Virus record (IMG/VR): IMGVR_UViG_3300020166_000010 | DNA from: a virus | Length of the DNA: 64,000 nucleotides | Reading direction: 5' to 3' (one strand) | Part shown: positions 1 through 9,986 of the stretch, piece by piece | Layout: each line of letters starts with the position of its first letter | Numbering within the stretch: position 1 is the first letter of the stretch | Notes under the pieces: generated by a model | What the model was told of the DNA's origin: nothing | What the model saw: the letters and a program-made list of their open reading frames with translations, nothing else | Database searches by the model: none | Made by a program: the position numbers and the translations under genes

Positions 1-40
1 TATTACTGTCCAACGTAGTACCTAAGATAAATTTTGCCAT
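1..40 (-). CDS. 5' end of a gene running off the window (MAKLSLGTTLDSN...)
   Basis: ATG at 40 after an A-rich leader downstream of the 78..2828 stop; open to the window edge. Confidence 0.5.
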   Translation of the reverse strand, partial: MAKFILGTTLDSN

Positions 41-77
41 GTTATTATTTTTATATTTTTATTTGTTTTATATATTG

Positions 78-2828
78 TTATCCGATATTTACACCATTCT
101 GGATAGTACGTGGGCCGCTAGTCGTGTAGATTAAACCACTGTAACCTCCAACGGTATTGGTTCCTTGAGCTCCTTGTGGGCCTTTAGCTCCAGTACCAGA
201 ACCACCTGAGGCTCCAGTATATCCTTGAGGTCCTCTTGCCGGTGCTGGTTGCCCAGTTGCACCTTGATAACCTTGAGGTCCAACACCTGATGCTGCAATT
301 CCCTGTGCTCCTTGAGCTCCTTGCGCTCCGGTTGCTCCTTTATATCCTTGAACTCCTCTTGGTCCAGCATTTCCACTAACACCCTGAGCTCCTTGTGGTC
401 CTCTTGGTCCAACTGGTCCGGTTATTCCTTTAGCTCCTTGAGGTCCTGTATAACCTTGAGCTCCTCTACCACCTTGAGTTCCTTGAGCTCCTCTTACAGT
501 ACCTGCAAGTCCAATAAAACCTTTAAGTCCAGTTGAACCTTGCGGTCCTCTTGATCCCTGCGGTCCAGTTATTCCTACGTATCCCTTTGGTCCTGTTGAT
601 CCTTGGAATCCTCTATGACCAGGTGCACCACTATAACCTTGTGCTCCTTGAGATCCTTTATATCCATCGGCTCCTTGGGTACCTCTTGGTGCCGCAGTTC
701 CCTGTGGTCCAGTTGTTCCTTTATCACCAGTAGCTCCTTGTGGTCCTCTTGGTCCAGTAGATCCTTTAAACCCTGTATCACCTTTTAATCCTTGTGCTCC
801 TCTTACACCCTGTGGTCCGAGATCTCCGACGGGTCCAGTATTTCCGATTGCCCCTTGGCGTCCGATAAATCCTTTTGGTCCAGTTGATCCTTGAGGTCCT
901 TTAACTCCAGTTGCTCCAGTTGCTCCTTGATTACCTTTTGGTCCAGTTGCTCCTTGACTTCCTTTTGCTCCTTGAGGTCCAGTTGTTCCTTGACTTCCTT
1001 GAGGTCCAGTATTTCCTTGAGGCCCTCTAACAGTTCCAGTATCTCCAACTACTCCTTGAACCCCTTTGTTTCCAGTGGCTCCAGTTGCTCCTTGATTACC
1101 TTTAATTCCTTGGAATCCTCTGTCTCCGGTTGCTGCAGTAGATCCTTTAAGACCTTGTGCTCCTCTAACTCCTTGAACTCCTTGGAATCCTCTTGGTGCA
1201 GCAGTTCCCTGTGCTCCAGTGTTTCCTTGAACTCCAATAAATCCAGTTGGTCCTAAATCACCAGTTGCTCCGGTGTTTCCTTGAACTCCAATAAATCCTT
1301 TATCTCCTTTAGTTGCAGTTGGTGCGATATATCCAGTATCTCCTTGATATCCTCTTTCTCCAGTTGCTCCTTGATTTCCTTGCGCTCCTGTTATTCCAGT
1401 ATATCCTTTTGCACCAGTAGTACCTTTATATCCTTGGAATCCTCTTGGTCCGCTATCTCCTTGGTTTCCTCTTTGACCAACGTCTCCTTGAACTCCTTTT
1501 GAACCCTGTGGTCCGACTGGTCCAAGAACTCCTTGTGGTCCAGCATATCCAGTATTTCCTTGAAATCCAATTGATCCCGTAGAACCTTTATCTCCAGTTG
1601 CTCCTTGGGGTCCAGTATAACCTTTTGCTCCTTGTGCTCCAAGAGGTCCAGTATAACCTTTTGCTCCTTGTGATCCTTTAAAACCTTGATCTCCTTTAGT
1701 TCCAACGTTTCCAACAACACCTTGAGTTCCTTGGAATCCTCTTGAACCAGTATTACCTTGGGCTCCTGTTGCTCCTTTGAAACCTTTTGCTCCTTGTGCT
1801 CCTTTAAAACCTCTTTCACCAACGATACCAGCATCTCCAGTAGATCCTTGATAACCAGTTGCTCCAGTAGATCCTTGTGCTCCTATTACTTTATTAATAC
1901 CAGCGTCTCCTTGAGTTCCTTGATTTCCTTGAAAACCTCTGTCTCCTACGGGTCCGTTAATACCTGTTGTTCCTTTAATTCCTTTGTCTCCTTGGAATCC
2001 TCTGGCTCCATTTGAACCATTATTTCCTTTTGCTCCTTGAGGTCCGTTATATCCAACGTCTCCTTGTGCTCCTCTGTTTCCATCAAGTCCTTTATAACCT
2101 GTTGCTCCAGTTGAACCTTTAAAACCTTGATCTCCGATAACTCCATCAGAACCTTGATCACCTTTATATCCGGTAACTCCTTGATTTCCCTGAACTCCAA
2201 TAGGTCCAGTAACTCCTTTGTTTCCGACAGATCCTTGGAATCCTCTGGCACCATCTGCGCCTGTTAAACCTTTAGTACCTTGAGTACCTTTAGTTCCTTG
2301 GTTTCCTTGGAATCCTCTTTCACCTTGATTTCCAACAATACCTTTAGATCCTTGAAATCCTCTTTCACCTTTAGCTCCAGTAGTACCTGAAATACCAATA
2401 TCTCCTACTAATCCTTTACTACCACGTGATCCTTCACTACCAGTATCTCCTACTAATCCAGTATTTCCGCGAGAACCTTTATCTCCACGAAACCCTTCAT
2501 CACCAGTATTTCCTTTTGCTCCTTTTAAAGAAGGGAAATTACCAGGTATAAAATTACTAGGTCTTAGTACTAAATTACCGCCGATTGTTGAATCAGGCTT
2601 AAAGCTTCCGCCACCATCAAAAATACCACCTGCGATAATTGCAGAATCAGTACTCCTAATAGTTAACACATTCCCCGTAGGGAATGTGTTTAACTCTTCT
2701 AGGTAAGACGGCGTATAGACGATAGCTGAATCTTGGTCAATTCCTGCTCTGTTCGAAATTTCATCGATCTGAGCTTGGAATTCTCCAGTAGACTGTACTA
2801 GTTTTATCGCTATTTTATTAAATGCCAT
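78..2828 (-). CDS. Collagen-like fibre protein (K/R-rich Gly-X-Y), 916 aa
   Basis: ~100-aa N-terminal domain, then a near-continuous Gly-X-Y run (GAQ, GPQ, GFQ, GxK, GxR, GxT) with short interruptions. Confidence 0.9.
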   Translation of the reverse strand: MAFNKIAIKLVQSTGEFQAQIDEISNRAGIDQDSAIVYTPSYLEELNTFPTGNVLTIRSTDSAIIAGGIFDGGGSFKPDSTIGGNLVLRPSNFIPGNFPSLKGAKGNTGDEGFRGDKGSRGNTGLVGDTGSEGSRGSKGLVGDIGISGTTGAKGERGFQGSKGIVGNQGERGFQGNQGTKGTQGTKGLTGADGARGFQGSVGNKGVTGPIGVQGNQGVTGYKGDQGSDGVIGDQGFKGSTGATGYKGLDGNRGAQGDVGYNGPQGAKGNNGSNGARGFQGDKGIKGTTGINGPVGDRGFQGNQGTQGDAGINKVIGAQGSTGATGYQGSTGDAGIVGERGFKGAQGAKGFKGATGAQGNTGSRGFQGTQGVVGNVGTKGDQGFKGSQGAKGYTGPLGAQGAKGYTGPQGATGDKGSTGSIGFQGNTGYAGPQGVLGPVGPQGSKGVQGDVGQRGNQGDSGPRGFQGYKGTTGAKGYTGITGAQGNQGATGERGYQGDTGYIAPTATKGDKGFIGVQGNTGATGDLGPTGFIGVQGNTGAQGTAAPRGFQGVQGVRGAQGLKGSTAATGDRGFQGIKGNQGATGATGNKGVQGVVGDTGTVRGPQGNTGPQGSQGTTGPQGAKGSQGATGPKGNQGATGATGVKGPQGSTGPKGFIGRQGAIGNTGPVGDLGPQGVRGAQGLKGDTGFKGSTGPRGPQGATGDKGTTGPQGTAAPRGTQGADGYKGSQGAQGYSGAPGHRGFQGSTGPKGYVGITGPQGSRGPQGSTGLKGFIGLAGTVRGAQGTQGGRGAQGYTGPQGAKGITGPVGPRGPQGAQGVSGNAGPRGVQGYKGATGAQGAQGAQGIAASGVGPQGYQGATGQPAPARGPQGYTGASGGSGTGAKGPQGAQGTNTVGGYSGLIYTTSGPRTIQNGVNIG

Positions 2829-2876
2829 ATCTTTGTTTTTATTATTTTTTAGTTACTCCTGTTTTATTTATTCTAA

Positions 2877-5800
2877 TTAATCGAATGAGAATGTAATGTC
2901 TCCATTTCCGTCTCTTTCAATTCTTGCTGTTGGGTTACCATTAGCATCGTTGAAATAAATAGCTTTATCATTGGCGATTGTTATTGAATCTCCATCAAAT
3001 GCTCCAGTTTCTCCTTGGAATCCTTGATCTCCTTTAGCTCCAGTTGCTCCTTGTGCTCCAGTATCTCCTTTGAATCCTTGATCTCCTTTTGCTCCAGTAT
3101 CTCCTTTGAATCCTTGGAATCCTTGATCTCCTTTTGCTCCGGTTGCTCCTTGTGCTCCAGTATCTCCTTTGAAACCTTGATCTCCTTTAATACCTTGAAT
3201 ACCATCGTCTCCTTTGAATCCTTGATCTCCTTTTGCTCCGGTTGCTCCTTGTGCTCCAGTATCTCCTTTTGCTCCAGTATCTCCTTTGAAACCTTGATCT
3301 CCTTTAATACCTTGAATACCATCGTCTCCTTTGAATCCTTGATCTCCTTTAGCTCCAGTTGCTCCTTGTGCTCCAGTATCTCCTTTGAAACCTTGATCTC
3401 CTTTAATACCTTGAATACCTTGCTCTCCAGTATCTCCTTTGAAACCTTGATCTCCTTTAAGACCTTGTTCTCCTTGAACTCCTTGAATACCATCGTCTCC
3501 TTTAGTACCTTGAACTCCTTGAATACCATCGTCTCCTTTAGTACCTTGAACTCCTTGAATACCTTGCTCTCCGGTATCTCCTTTGAAACCTTGATCTCCT
3601 TTAGCTCCTAAAGTACCATCAGTACCTTGAACTCCTTGGAAACCTTGATCTCCTTTAGCTCCAGTATCTCCTTTGAAACCTTGATCTCCTTTTGCTCCAG
3701 TATCTCCTTTGAATCCTTGGAATCCTTGATCTCCTTTAGCTCCAGTTTCTCCTTGATCTCCTTTAATACCTTGTTCTCCTTGATCTCCTTTAAGACCATC
3801 GATACCTTGGAAACCTTGATCACCTTTTGCTCCTTGGAAACCTTGATCTCCTTGTGCTCCTTGGAAACCTTGGAAACCTTGATCTCCTTGTGCTCCAATT
3901 TTCATTGGTGTAAATGAAACTAATAATTGTCCATTCTTATCAGGCTGGTTAACAGCAGCTGCTGTCATGTGTTCGTTAGACGAAGTACCACCGGCATATC
4001 CGTTGTTTGAACCACCAACTCTTTCCATATCTAATCTAAGATCTCCTCTTCCACCAGAACCTAATATAATAGATGCATTAGAAGCTTCGTATAAGTGATA
4101 TTTAGTTGAATCACCATTCTTAGATATTTTTACGTAAATCTTATCATAACCATCGTTAACCATGTTAGCGAATAAAGAATTCATGTGGTTAATATCTTCT
4201 AATCCGTTTGCGATATCTGAGAACCACCATTCTTGAGAACCGCTGTAAATGAATGCATTAGCTTCCGTATGTGATAATTGATTTACATTTGTATATTTAC
4301 TATCAGAGAAAGTAACACCATCGTATATTACTGATAAACCACCAGCATTACCTATAGTACCTTGGAAACCTTGATCTCCTTTTTCTCCTTGATCTCCTTT
4401 AGTTCCTTTTTCTCCTTGATCTCCTTGGAAACCTTGGAAACCTTGATCTCCTTTAGCTCCAGTTTCTCCTTGATCTCCTTTGAAACCTTGATCTCCTTTA
4501 AGACCATCAATACCTTGGAAACCTTGATCGCCTTGGAATCCTTGGAAACCTTGGAAACCTTGATCTCCTTTAGCTCCTAAAGTACCAGACTCTCCTTGGA
4601 AACCTTGATCTCCTTTAATACCTTGTTCTCCAGTATCTCCTTTGAAACCTTGATCTCCTTTAATACCTTGAATACCTTGTTCTCCAGTATCTCCTTTGAA
4701 ACCTTGGTCTCCTTTAATACCTTGAATACCATCGTCTCCTTTTAGACCTTGAATACCATCGTCTCCTTTGAAACCTTGATCTCCTTTAATACCTTGAATA
4801 CCTTGTTCTCCAGTATCTCCTTTAAGACCTTGATCTCCTTTAATACCTTGAATACCTTGCTCTCCAGTATCTCCTTTGAAACCTTGATCTCCTTTAAGAC
4901 CTTGTTCTCCTTGAACTCCTTGAATACCATCGTCTCCTTTAGTACCTTGAACTCCTTGAATACCTTGCTCTCCTTGAACACCTTGCTCTCCAGTATCTCC
5001 TTTGAAACCTTGATCTCCTTTAATACCTTGAATACCTTGTTCTCCAGTATCTCCTTTGAAACCTTGATCTCCTGTAGTACCTTGAACTCCGATAACTCCT
5101 TGTTCTCCTTGAACACCTTGCTCTCCAGTATCTCCTTTGAATCCTTGGTCTCCTTGAATACCTTGTTCTCCAGTATCTCCTTTGAAACCTTGATCTCCTT
5201 TAATACCTTGAATACCTTGCTCTCCAGTATCTCCTTTAAGACCTTGTTCTCCTTGAACTCCTTGAATACCTTGCTCTCCAGTATCTCCTTTAAGACCAGT
5301 ATCTCCTTGAATACCATCGTCTCCTTTAGCACCTTGAACTCCGATAACTCCTTGTTCTCCTTGAACACCTTGCTCTCCAGTATCTCCTTTAAGACCTTGT
5401 TCTCCTTGAACTCCTTGAATACCATCGTCTCCTTTAGTACCTTGAACTCCGATAACTCCTTGTTCTCCTTGAATACCTTGTTCTCCAGTATCTCCTTTAA
5501 GACCAGTTTCTCCTTGAATACCTTGTTCTCCAGTATCTCCTTTAAAACCTTGATCTCCTGTAGTACCCTGAACTCCGATAACTCCTTGTTCTCCTTGAAT
5601 ACCCTGTTCTCCTTGAATACCTTGTTCTCCAGTATCTCCTTTAAAACCTTGATCTCCTTGAATACCTTGAATACCATCGTCTCCTTTGAAACCTTGATCT
5701 CCTTTAATACCTTGAATACCTTGTTCTCCAGTGTCTCCTTGGAAACCTTGAATACCTTGAATACCATCGTCTCCTTTAGTACCTTGAACTCCGATAACTC

Positions 5801-6395
5801 CTTGTTCTCCTTGGAAACCTTGAATACCTTGTTCTCCAGTTTCTCCTTTGAAACCTTGAATACCTTGTTCTCCAGTATCTCCTTTAAAACCTTGATCTCC
5901 TTGAATACCCTGTTCTCCAGTATCTCCTTTGAAACCTTGATCTCCTTTAAGACCAGTTTCTCCTTGAATACCCTGTTCTCCTTGGTCTCCTTTAAGACCT
6001 TGTTCTCCTTGAATACCTTGAATACCCTGTTCTCCTTGATCTCCTTTAAGACCTTGTTCTCCTTGATCTCCTTTAAGACCATCTACTCCTTGTGTTCCTT
6101 GATCTCCTTGGAAACCTTGAATACCTTGTTCTCCTTGAATACCCTGTTCTCCTTGAAGACCTTGATCTCCTTGAATACCTTGTTCTCCAGTATCTCCTTT
6201 AAGACCTTGATCTCCTTGAATACCTTGAATACCTTGTTCTCCTGTATCTCCTTGAAAACCTTGATCTCCTTGAAAACCTTGAACCCCATCAATACCTTGA
6301 TCTCCTTGGAAACCTTGATCTCCTTGCGTACCTTGATATCCGGATCCTTGATCTCCCTGAGGACCTGCGGTAGAAATATATGCTGAATATGCCAT
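2877..6395 (-). CDS. Collagen-like fibre protein (acidic GEQ/GDQ-rich) with internal globular domain, 1172 aa
   Basis: Two long Gly-X-Y blocks flanking a ~150-aa non-collagen insert (approx. 3900-4350). Confidence 0.9.
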   Translation of the reverse strand: MAYSAYISTAGPQGDQGSGYQGTQGDQGFQGDQGIDGVQGFQGDQGFQGDTGEQGIQGIQGDQGLKGDTGEQGIQGDQGLQGEQGIQGEQGIQGFQGDQGTQGVDGLKGDQGEQGLKGDQGEQGIQGIQGEQGLKGDQGEQGIQGETGLKGDQGFKGDTGEQGIQGDQGFKGDTGEQGIQGFKGETGEQGIQGFQGEQGVIGVQGTKGDDGIQGIQGFQGDTGEQGIQGIKGDQGFKGDDGIQGIQGDQGFKGDTGEQGIQGEQGIQGEQGVIGVQGTTGDQGFKGDTGEQGIQGETGLKGDTGEQGIQGEQGVIGVQGTKGDDGIQGVQGEQGLKGDTGEQGVQGEQGVIGVQGAKGDDGIQGDTGLKGDTGEQGIQGVQGEQGLKGDTGEQGIQGIKGDQGFKGDTGEQGIQGDQGFKGDTGEQGVQGEQGVIGVQGTTGDQGFKGDTGEQGIQGIKGDQGFKGDTGEQGVQGEQGIQGVQGTKGDDGIQGVQGEQGLKGDQGFKGDTGEQGIQGIKGDQGLKGDTGEQGIQGIKGDQGFKGDDGIQGLKGDDGIQGIKGDQGFKGDTGEQGIQGIKGDQGFKGDTGEQGIKGDQGFQGESGTLGAKGDQGFQGFQGFQGDQGFQGIDGLKGDQGFKGDQGETGAKGDQGFQGFQGDQGEKGTKGDQGEKGDQGFQGTIGNAGGLSVIYDGVTFSDSKYTNVNQLSHTEANAFIYSGSQEWWFSDIANGLEDINHMNSLFANMVNDGYDKIYVKISKNGDSTKYHLYEASNASIILGSGGRGDLRLDMERVGGSNNGYAGGTSSNEHMTAAAVNQPDKNGQLLVSFTPMKIGAQGDQGFQGFQGAQGDQGFQGAKGDQGFQGIDGLKGDQGEQGIKGDQGETGAKGDQGFQGFKGDTGAKGDQGFKGDTGAKGDQGFQGVQGTDGTLGAKGDQGFKGDTGEQGIQGVQGTKGDDGIQGVQGTKGDDGIQGVQGEQGLKGDQGFKGDTGEQGIQGIKGDQGFKGDTGAQGATGAKGDQGFKGDDGIQGIKGDQGFKGDTGAKGDTGAQGATGAKGDQGFKGDDGIQGIKGDQGFKGDTGAQGATGAKGDQGFQGFKGDTGAKGDQGFKGDTGAQGATGAKGDQGFQGETGAFDGDSITIANDKAIYFNDANGNPTARIERDGNGDITFSFD

Positions 6396-6429
6396 AGTTT
6401 AATTTACTTTATTTTTATTTTGTTTTTTA

Positions 6430-7194
6430 TTAGTCTAATGAGTTTTTCTCGTATACTATATCGAAAAGATCTCCTCCTCCGATTTCATATCCTGCGAAAT
6501 TTGAATTCCAAAACAGTTCATCACCAGCTTCTAAATCTGCAACAGATTTGGCAGTGATACCTGCATTGTTAGAGAAATATACATCTCCTGTTTTTTCTCC
6601 ATAAGTTTCTGTAACAGCTACACCGTTAATATAAACCTGTACAGTTGAATCTGCGAAAGGAGTATAGTCTAATGTAATACCTGTTGCTGATTCATCTCCG
6701 TTAGATGAAAGAGGTGTTAAATCAGCTTGCGTGTATTCAGAACCTTGTGCTACCTGAGTTGGACCTAAACTTGGTCTCCATGGTAATACTTGTGCTTTTG
6801 TTGCTGAAATTGCTTGTAAAACTGGATTGCTGTATGCATATGCTGGTTGTGATGCATTTACAAATTCTGCGATAGAACCTGAATCAGAATCATCAACTAC
6901 ATAAAAAGTACCTGGAGTTAAATTCCAAGTTGATACTTCAATGTTACCAATTTGTACTGCAATGAAATTAGAATCATCAGTAGCTTCTTCAACTACTAAT
7001 CTTCCCAATTTGTCGGCAGTTTTAGAATCTGCTAAAACCCAAGAACCGTTAAAGAATGCAATAACATTCCCTGCTGCAAAACCATGAGCAGCCTGTTCGT
7101 AACTTGATTTTAAAGATCCTGATGCCAGTTGAGAATCGATAGACTCTAACTTTGTCTGTAAGCCTTCGATTTGCTTAATTTTTAATTGTGACAT
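6430..7194 (-). CDS. Putative virion structural/decoration protein
   Basis: Lies in the fibre gene run; C-terminal domain paralogous to 11912..13144. Confidence 0.65.
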   Translation of the reverse strand: MSQLKIKQIEGLQTKLESIDSQLASGSLKSSYEQAAHGFAAGNVIAFFNGSWVLADSKTADKLGRLVVEEATDDSNFIAVQIGNIEVSTWNLTPGTFYVVDDSDSGSIAEFVNASQPAYAYSNPVLQAISATKAQVLPWRPSLGPTQVAQGSEYTQADLTPLSSNGDESATGITLDYTPFADSTVQVYINGVAVTETYGEKTGDVYFSNNAGITAKSVADLEAGDELFWNSNFAGYEIGGGDLFDIVYEKNSLD

Positions 7195-7317
7195 AGATTT
7201 TTAATTTTTTTTATTTTTATAATTTAAAAGAGGCTTTTTAACCTAATTTATCAATTCTATATATCATGGAAAAAAAGTGTAAGTGATTGTTAGTAGCCAT
7301 AATATGGTAATATAATT

Positions 7318-7908
7318 ATGATAAATAGTATAATGAATAGTATTACTAAGAAAATAGTTAGAGATTACATATATTTTAGAGAAACATTAGATGACGTAAA
7401 ATCTATTTCTAGTGATGCAGAAGGTGAATTCAGAGATGCGATGCACGATCATAATGAAGTTGCACTAACGGCTCTCACTCCGCCGGAAGGAGCACCTCCT
7501 ATTAAAAAAATTGATGAAGAACCTGTTGTAAAATTCGAAGACAGGCTCTTTAAAAAGCTTTTTAGAAAGATAGCAGTATTATGCCATCCAGATAAATTAG
7601 ATGATTCTTATTCTGAAAGAGAAGCTGTATTTTTAAAAAAATGTTATGAAGATCTCAATACTTCTAATCAAACTTATGATTGGGGATTATTGTTGAAGGT
7701 TGCCATGGAACTGGATGTTGAAATTCCGGAATTAAGCGATGAGCAATTTACTAATATTAATAATAATATAGAATCTATTAAAAAAACTATTAGTCAGTTT
7801 GAAGGATCTATGGCCTATAAATGGTATACCCTCTCCGACGCTGACGCCAAGAAAGGGTATTTAGAAAGCTGTGCTTCTATATTTATGAATAGTTTAAATA
7901 ATCGTTAA
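7318..7908 (+). CDS. J-domain (DnaJ-like) protein; start may be 7333
   Basis: KKLFRKIAVLCHPDKL helix plus HPD motif. Confidence 0.65.
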   Translation: MINSIMNSITKKIVRDYIYFRETLDDVKSISSDAEGEFRDAMHDHNEVALTALTPPEGAPPIKKIDEEPVVKFEDRLFKKLFRKIAVLCHPDKLDDSYSEREAVFLKKCYEDLNTSNQTYDWGLLLKVAMELDVEIPELSDEQFTNINNNIESIKKTISQFEGSMAYKWYTLSDADAKKGYLESCASIFMNSLNNR

Positions 7909-8687
7909 ACGTCCCACTTGTCCGTTAGATGGCATCTTACATAAACCGGTGCTTGATATGCAATACCATTAGGATATTCTGATTGTAGTCTCGTATAAAA
8001 GTCTACATCTTCTGATGTGTCTTTAGATATAACATCCCTCCATTTTGTTGATAGATTAGTTTTGTGCATAAATAACCAAGGTGCCATTATCTGTCTGTTT
8101 GGTTTTACTTGAACTGGCTTCCATGCATCTGATAAACCTTCTATCTGAATTGCAGGCGTTTCGGAAGGATCTACTATAGCATTTCCATTAGCTAGCTCAG
8201 TTGAAACGGACTCATGGTCAAACCATGAAGTATTTATCCACCAATCTTTTTCTGGGTTTGCGTTAAAATATAAAAGAGATGTCATTGTCGCGTTTGGCAT
8301 TAAAAAATCATCTGAATCCATATACATTACAACGTGACCTGTTGCTGCAGCAGCGCCTAATCTTCTACCGAATCCTCTATAATATCTTCCTTTATCTTCT
8401 ATTTCCTCGTACATTTGAGGAGTATCTGTTCTATCGAAATATATTAGTTTTATATTTGGCGTGTTCTTGTGTGATCTATTATATAGTTGATGCGTTTTAT
8501 TACATCCATCTGCAACTATAATAAGTTCGCAATTTTTATATGTTTGGTTTTGAAAACTTTCGACTGCCCTGTGAAATTTACCGATAGGATCCTTTCTTGA
8601 ATTTTCGTAGTTTTCTAGGTTTACTTGCATCACTATAGATATTTTTATCTTGTTTAGTGATTCGAATATTTCTTTAAAGTTGCTCAT
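7905..8687 (-). CDS. Glycosyltransferase family 2 (GT-A)
   Basis: ISIVM..AVESFQNQTYKNCELIIVADG, YMDSDD DxD motif, SED motif. Confidence 0.85.
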   Translation of the reverse strand: MSNFKEIFESLNKIKISIVMQVNLENYENSRKDPIGKFHRAVESFQNQTYKNCELIIVADGCNKTHQLYNRSHKNTPNIKLIYFDRTDTPQMYEEIEDKGRYYRGFGRRLGAAAATGHVVMYMDSDDFLMPNATMTSLLYFNANPEKDWWINTSWFDHESVSTELANGNAIVDPSETPAIQIEGLSDAWKPVQVKPNRQIMAPWLFMHKTNLSTKWRDVISKDTSEDVDFYTRLQSEYPNGIAYQAPVYVRCHLTDKWDV

Positions 8688-9883
8688 TATTTATATAGGT
8701 TTGTTTTCCAATTGTATTCATGAGATAATTCATGTGTTCCTGGTTTAAATAAATTATCTATTAACTTTTTATATGTATCTACGACATCTGCGTTGGTTGA
8801 CAAATAACGGTCTAATACTTTTTTACTGTTTTTATTATATTGATCTAAATTTTTGTCATGCTCTTCTAGCGCTAATTTTAGCTGTTCTGCGCCTTGTGAT
8901 ATATTAAATCCTTCGTAATAATAGCCTGCATCTTTTATCATGTCTGCGTTGTGCACTATAGGGTACCCGAAATAAAGTGCGTCTAAGTATGCATAATTTA
9001 ATGGGTTTTCCCATTGGTGTGATAAGACTATATCTGTTTCACTTGCTAAGAACGTAGATACTGGGTACCTTCCAACATACTTTATTTTATTATCTGGAGA
9101 ATTAACTATATCGAAATTCTTGATCATCGCTAAATAGTATTTATTCTTTAGTAATTTTTTACCAGATCCTATGTATATTTGTTTAAATGAATTTTTACCA
9201 GATTCTCTAAAAACTCTTTCAGCGATCATGATTGTCATTAATGAATATTTAACGACATTTATATTTGGTTCCATTACAGATAGCTTTTTATCTTTAGCAT
9301 CCTTTGGAGTATATCCCGGAATCAATTTGCCGGCACGTTTTAGTAATTTATTAAATTCGTCAAGCGGCTCAGGGTCCCATATGAAAGGAACTGTTTTTAT
9401 CTGAGAATCCTCTTGTCTGTATATTGTTTTAAAGTATTCTATGTTTTGATATTCCTGTTGAGGTATTACCCAGGTTTCGTCGTGACCTCCGTCCCATGAA
9501 GGAACTGTTGAATCTGTAACCGTGTTAAACATTACTCTTTCCATATCGACTACGTAACTATTCCCACATTGGTATTTTACTACTTTTAAATTTGGATTTT
9601 TGCTTTTCATTAAAGATATCCTACTTGTAGGCAAAGAAGCACCTACCATAAACAATAAGTCTATCTCATTTTCCATCTCTGTAAATTTTGCGATTTTATA
9701 TTTATTATAATCCCAGTTTACTTTAGTTAAATCAGAAACATTCTTAGCTGCGTCTAAAATATAAACGTCAAGTCCTTCTATTTGGTTTAACATTTTAGAT
9801 AGGTTCAATGCATTTAATTTAATGCCGTTGATCCACATGCTTTCATATTCCTTTGTTAGAGATATTATAATTCCTACTTTCAT
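8687..9883 (-). CDS. DUF2827-like putative GT-B glycosyltransferase
   Basis: WINGIKLN, EPNINVVK and SHQWENPLNYAYLDALYFGYPIVHNA motifs recalled from DUF2827. Confidence 0.75.
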   Translation of the reverse strand: MKVGIIISLTKEYESMWINGIKLNALNLSKMLNQIEGLDVYILDAAKNVSDLTKVNWDYNKYKIAKFTEMENEIDLLFMVGASLPTSRISLMKSKNPNLKVVKYQCGNSYVVDMERVMFNTVTDSTVPSWDGGHDETWVIPQQEYQNIEYFKTIYRQEDSQIKTVPFIWDPEPLDEFNKLLKRAGKLIPGYTPKDAKDKKLSVMEPNINVVKYSLMTIMIAERVFRESGKNSFKQIYIGSGKKLLKNKYYLAMIKNFDIVNSPDNKIKYVGRYPVSTFLASETDIVLSHQWENPLNYAYLDALYFGYPIVHNADMIKDAGYYYEGFNISQGAEQLKLALEEHDKNLDQYNKNSKKVLDRYLSTNADVVDTYKKLIDNLFKPGTHELSHEYNWKTNLYK

Positions 9884-9924
9884 AAATTATACTTTATTTA
9901 TTATATCTATATATTAAAAAAAGA

Positions 9925-9948
9925 AAGGGTCCCCGTTAGAGGACCCTT
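9925..9948 (-). terminator. Rho-independent terminator
   Basis: AAGGGTCC/GGACCCTT stem followed by a T-run on the minus strand, downstream of 9987..11726. Confidence 0.7.
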
Positions 9949-9986
9949 AATTTAAAAACTATGAATTAATACTTTCGTATTGTTTC

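Noticed and set aside
131-6386. Long alternative-frame and antisense ORFs over the collagens (e.g. 4742..6082, 4749..6386)
   Set aside because: Shadow ORFs produced by repetitive GGA/GGT-X-CAA codons that lack stops in other frames
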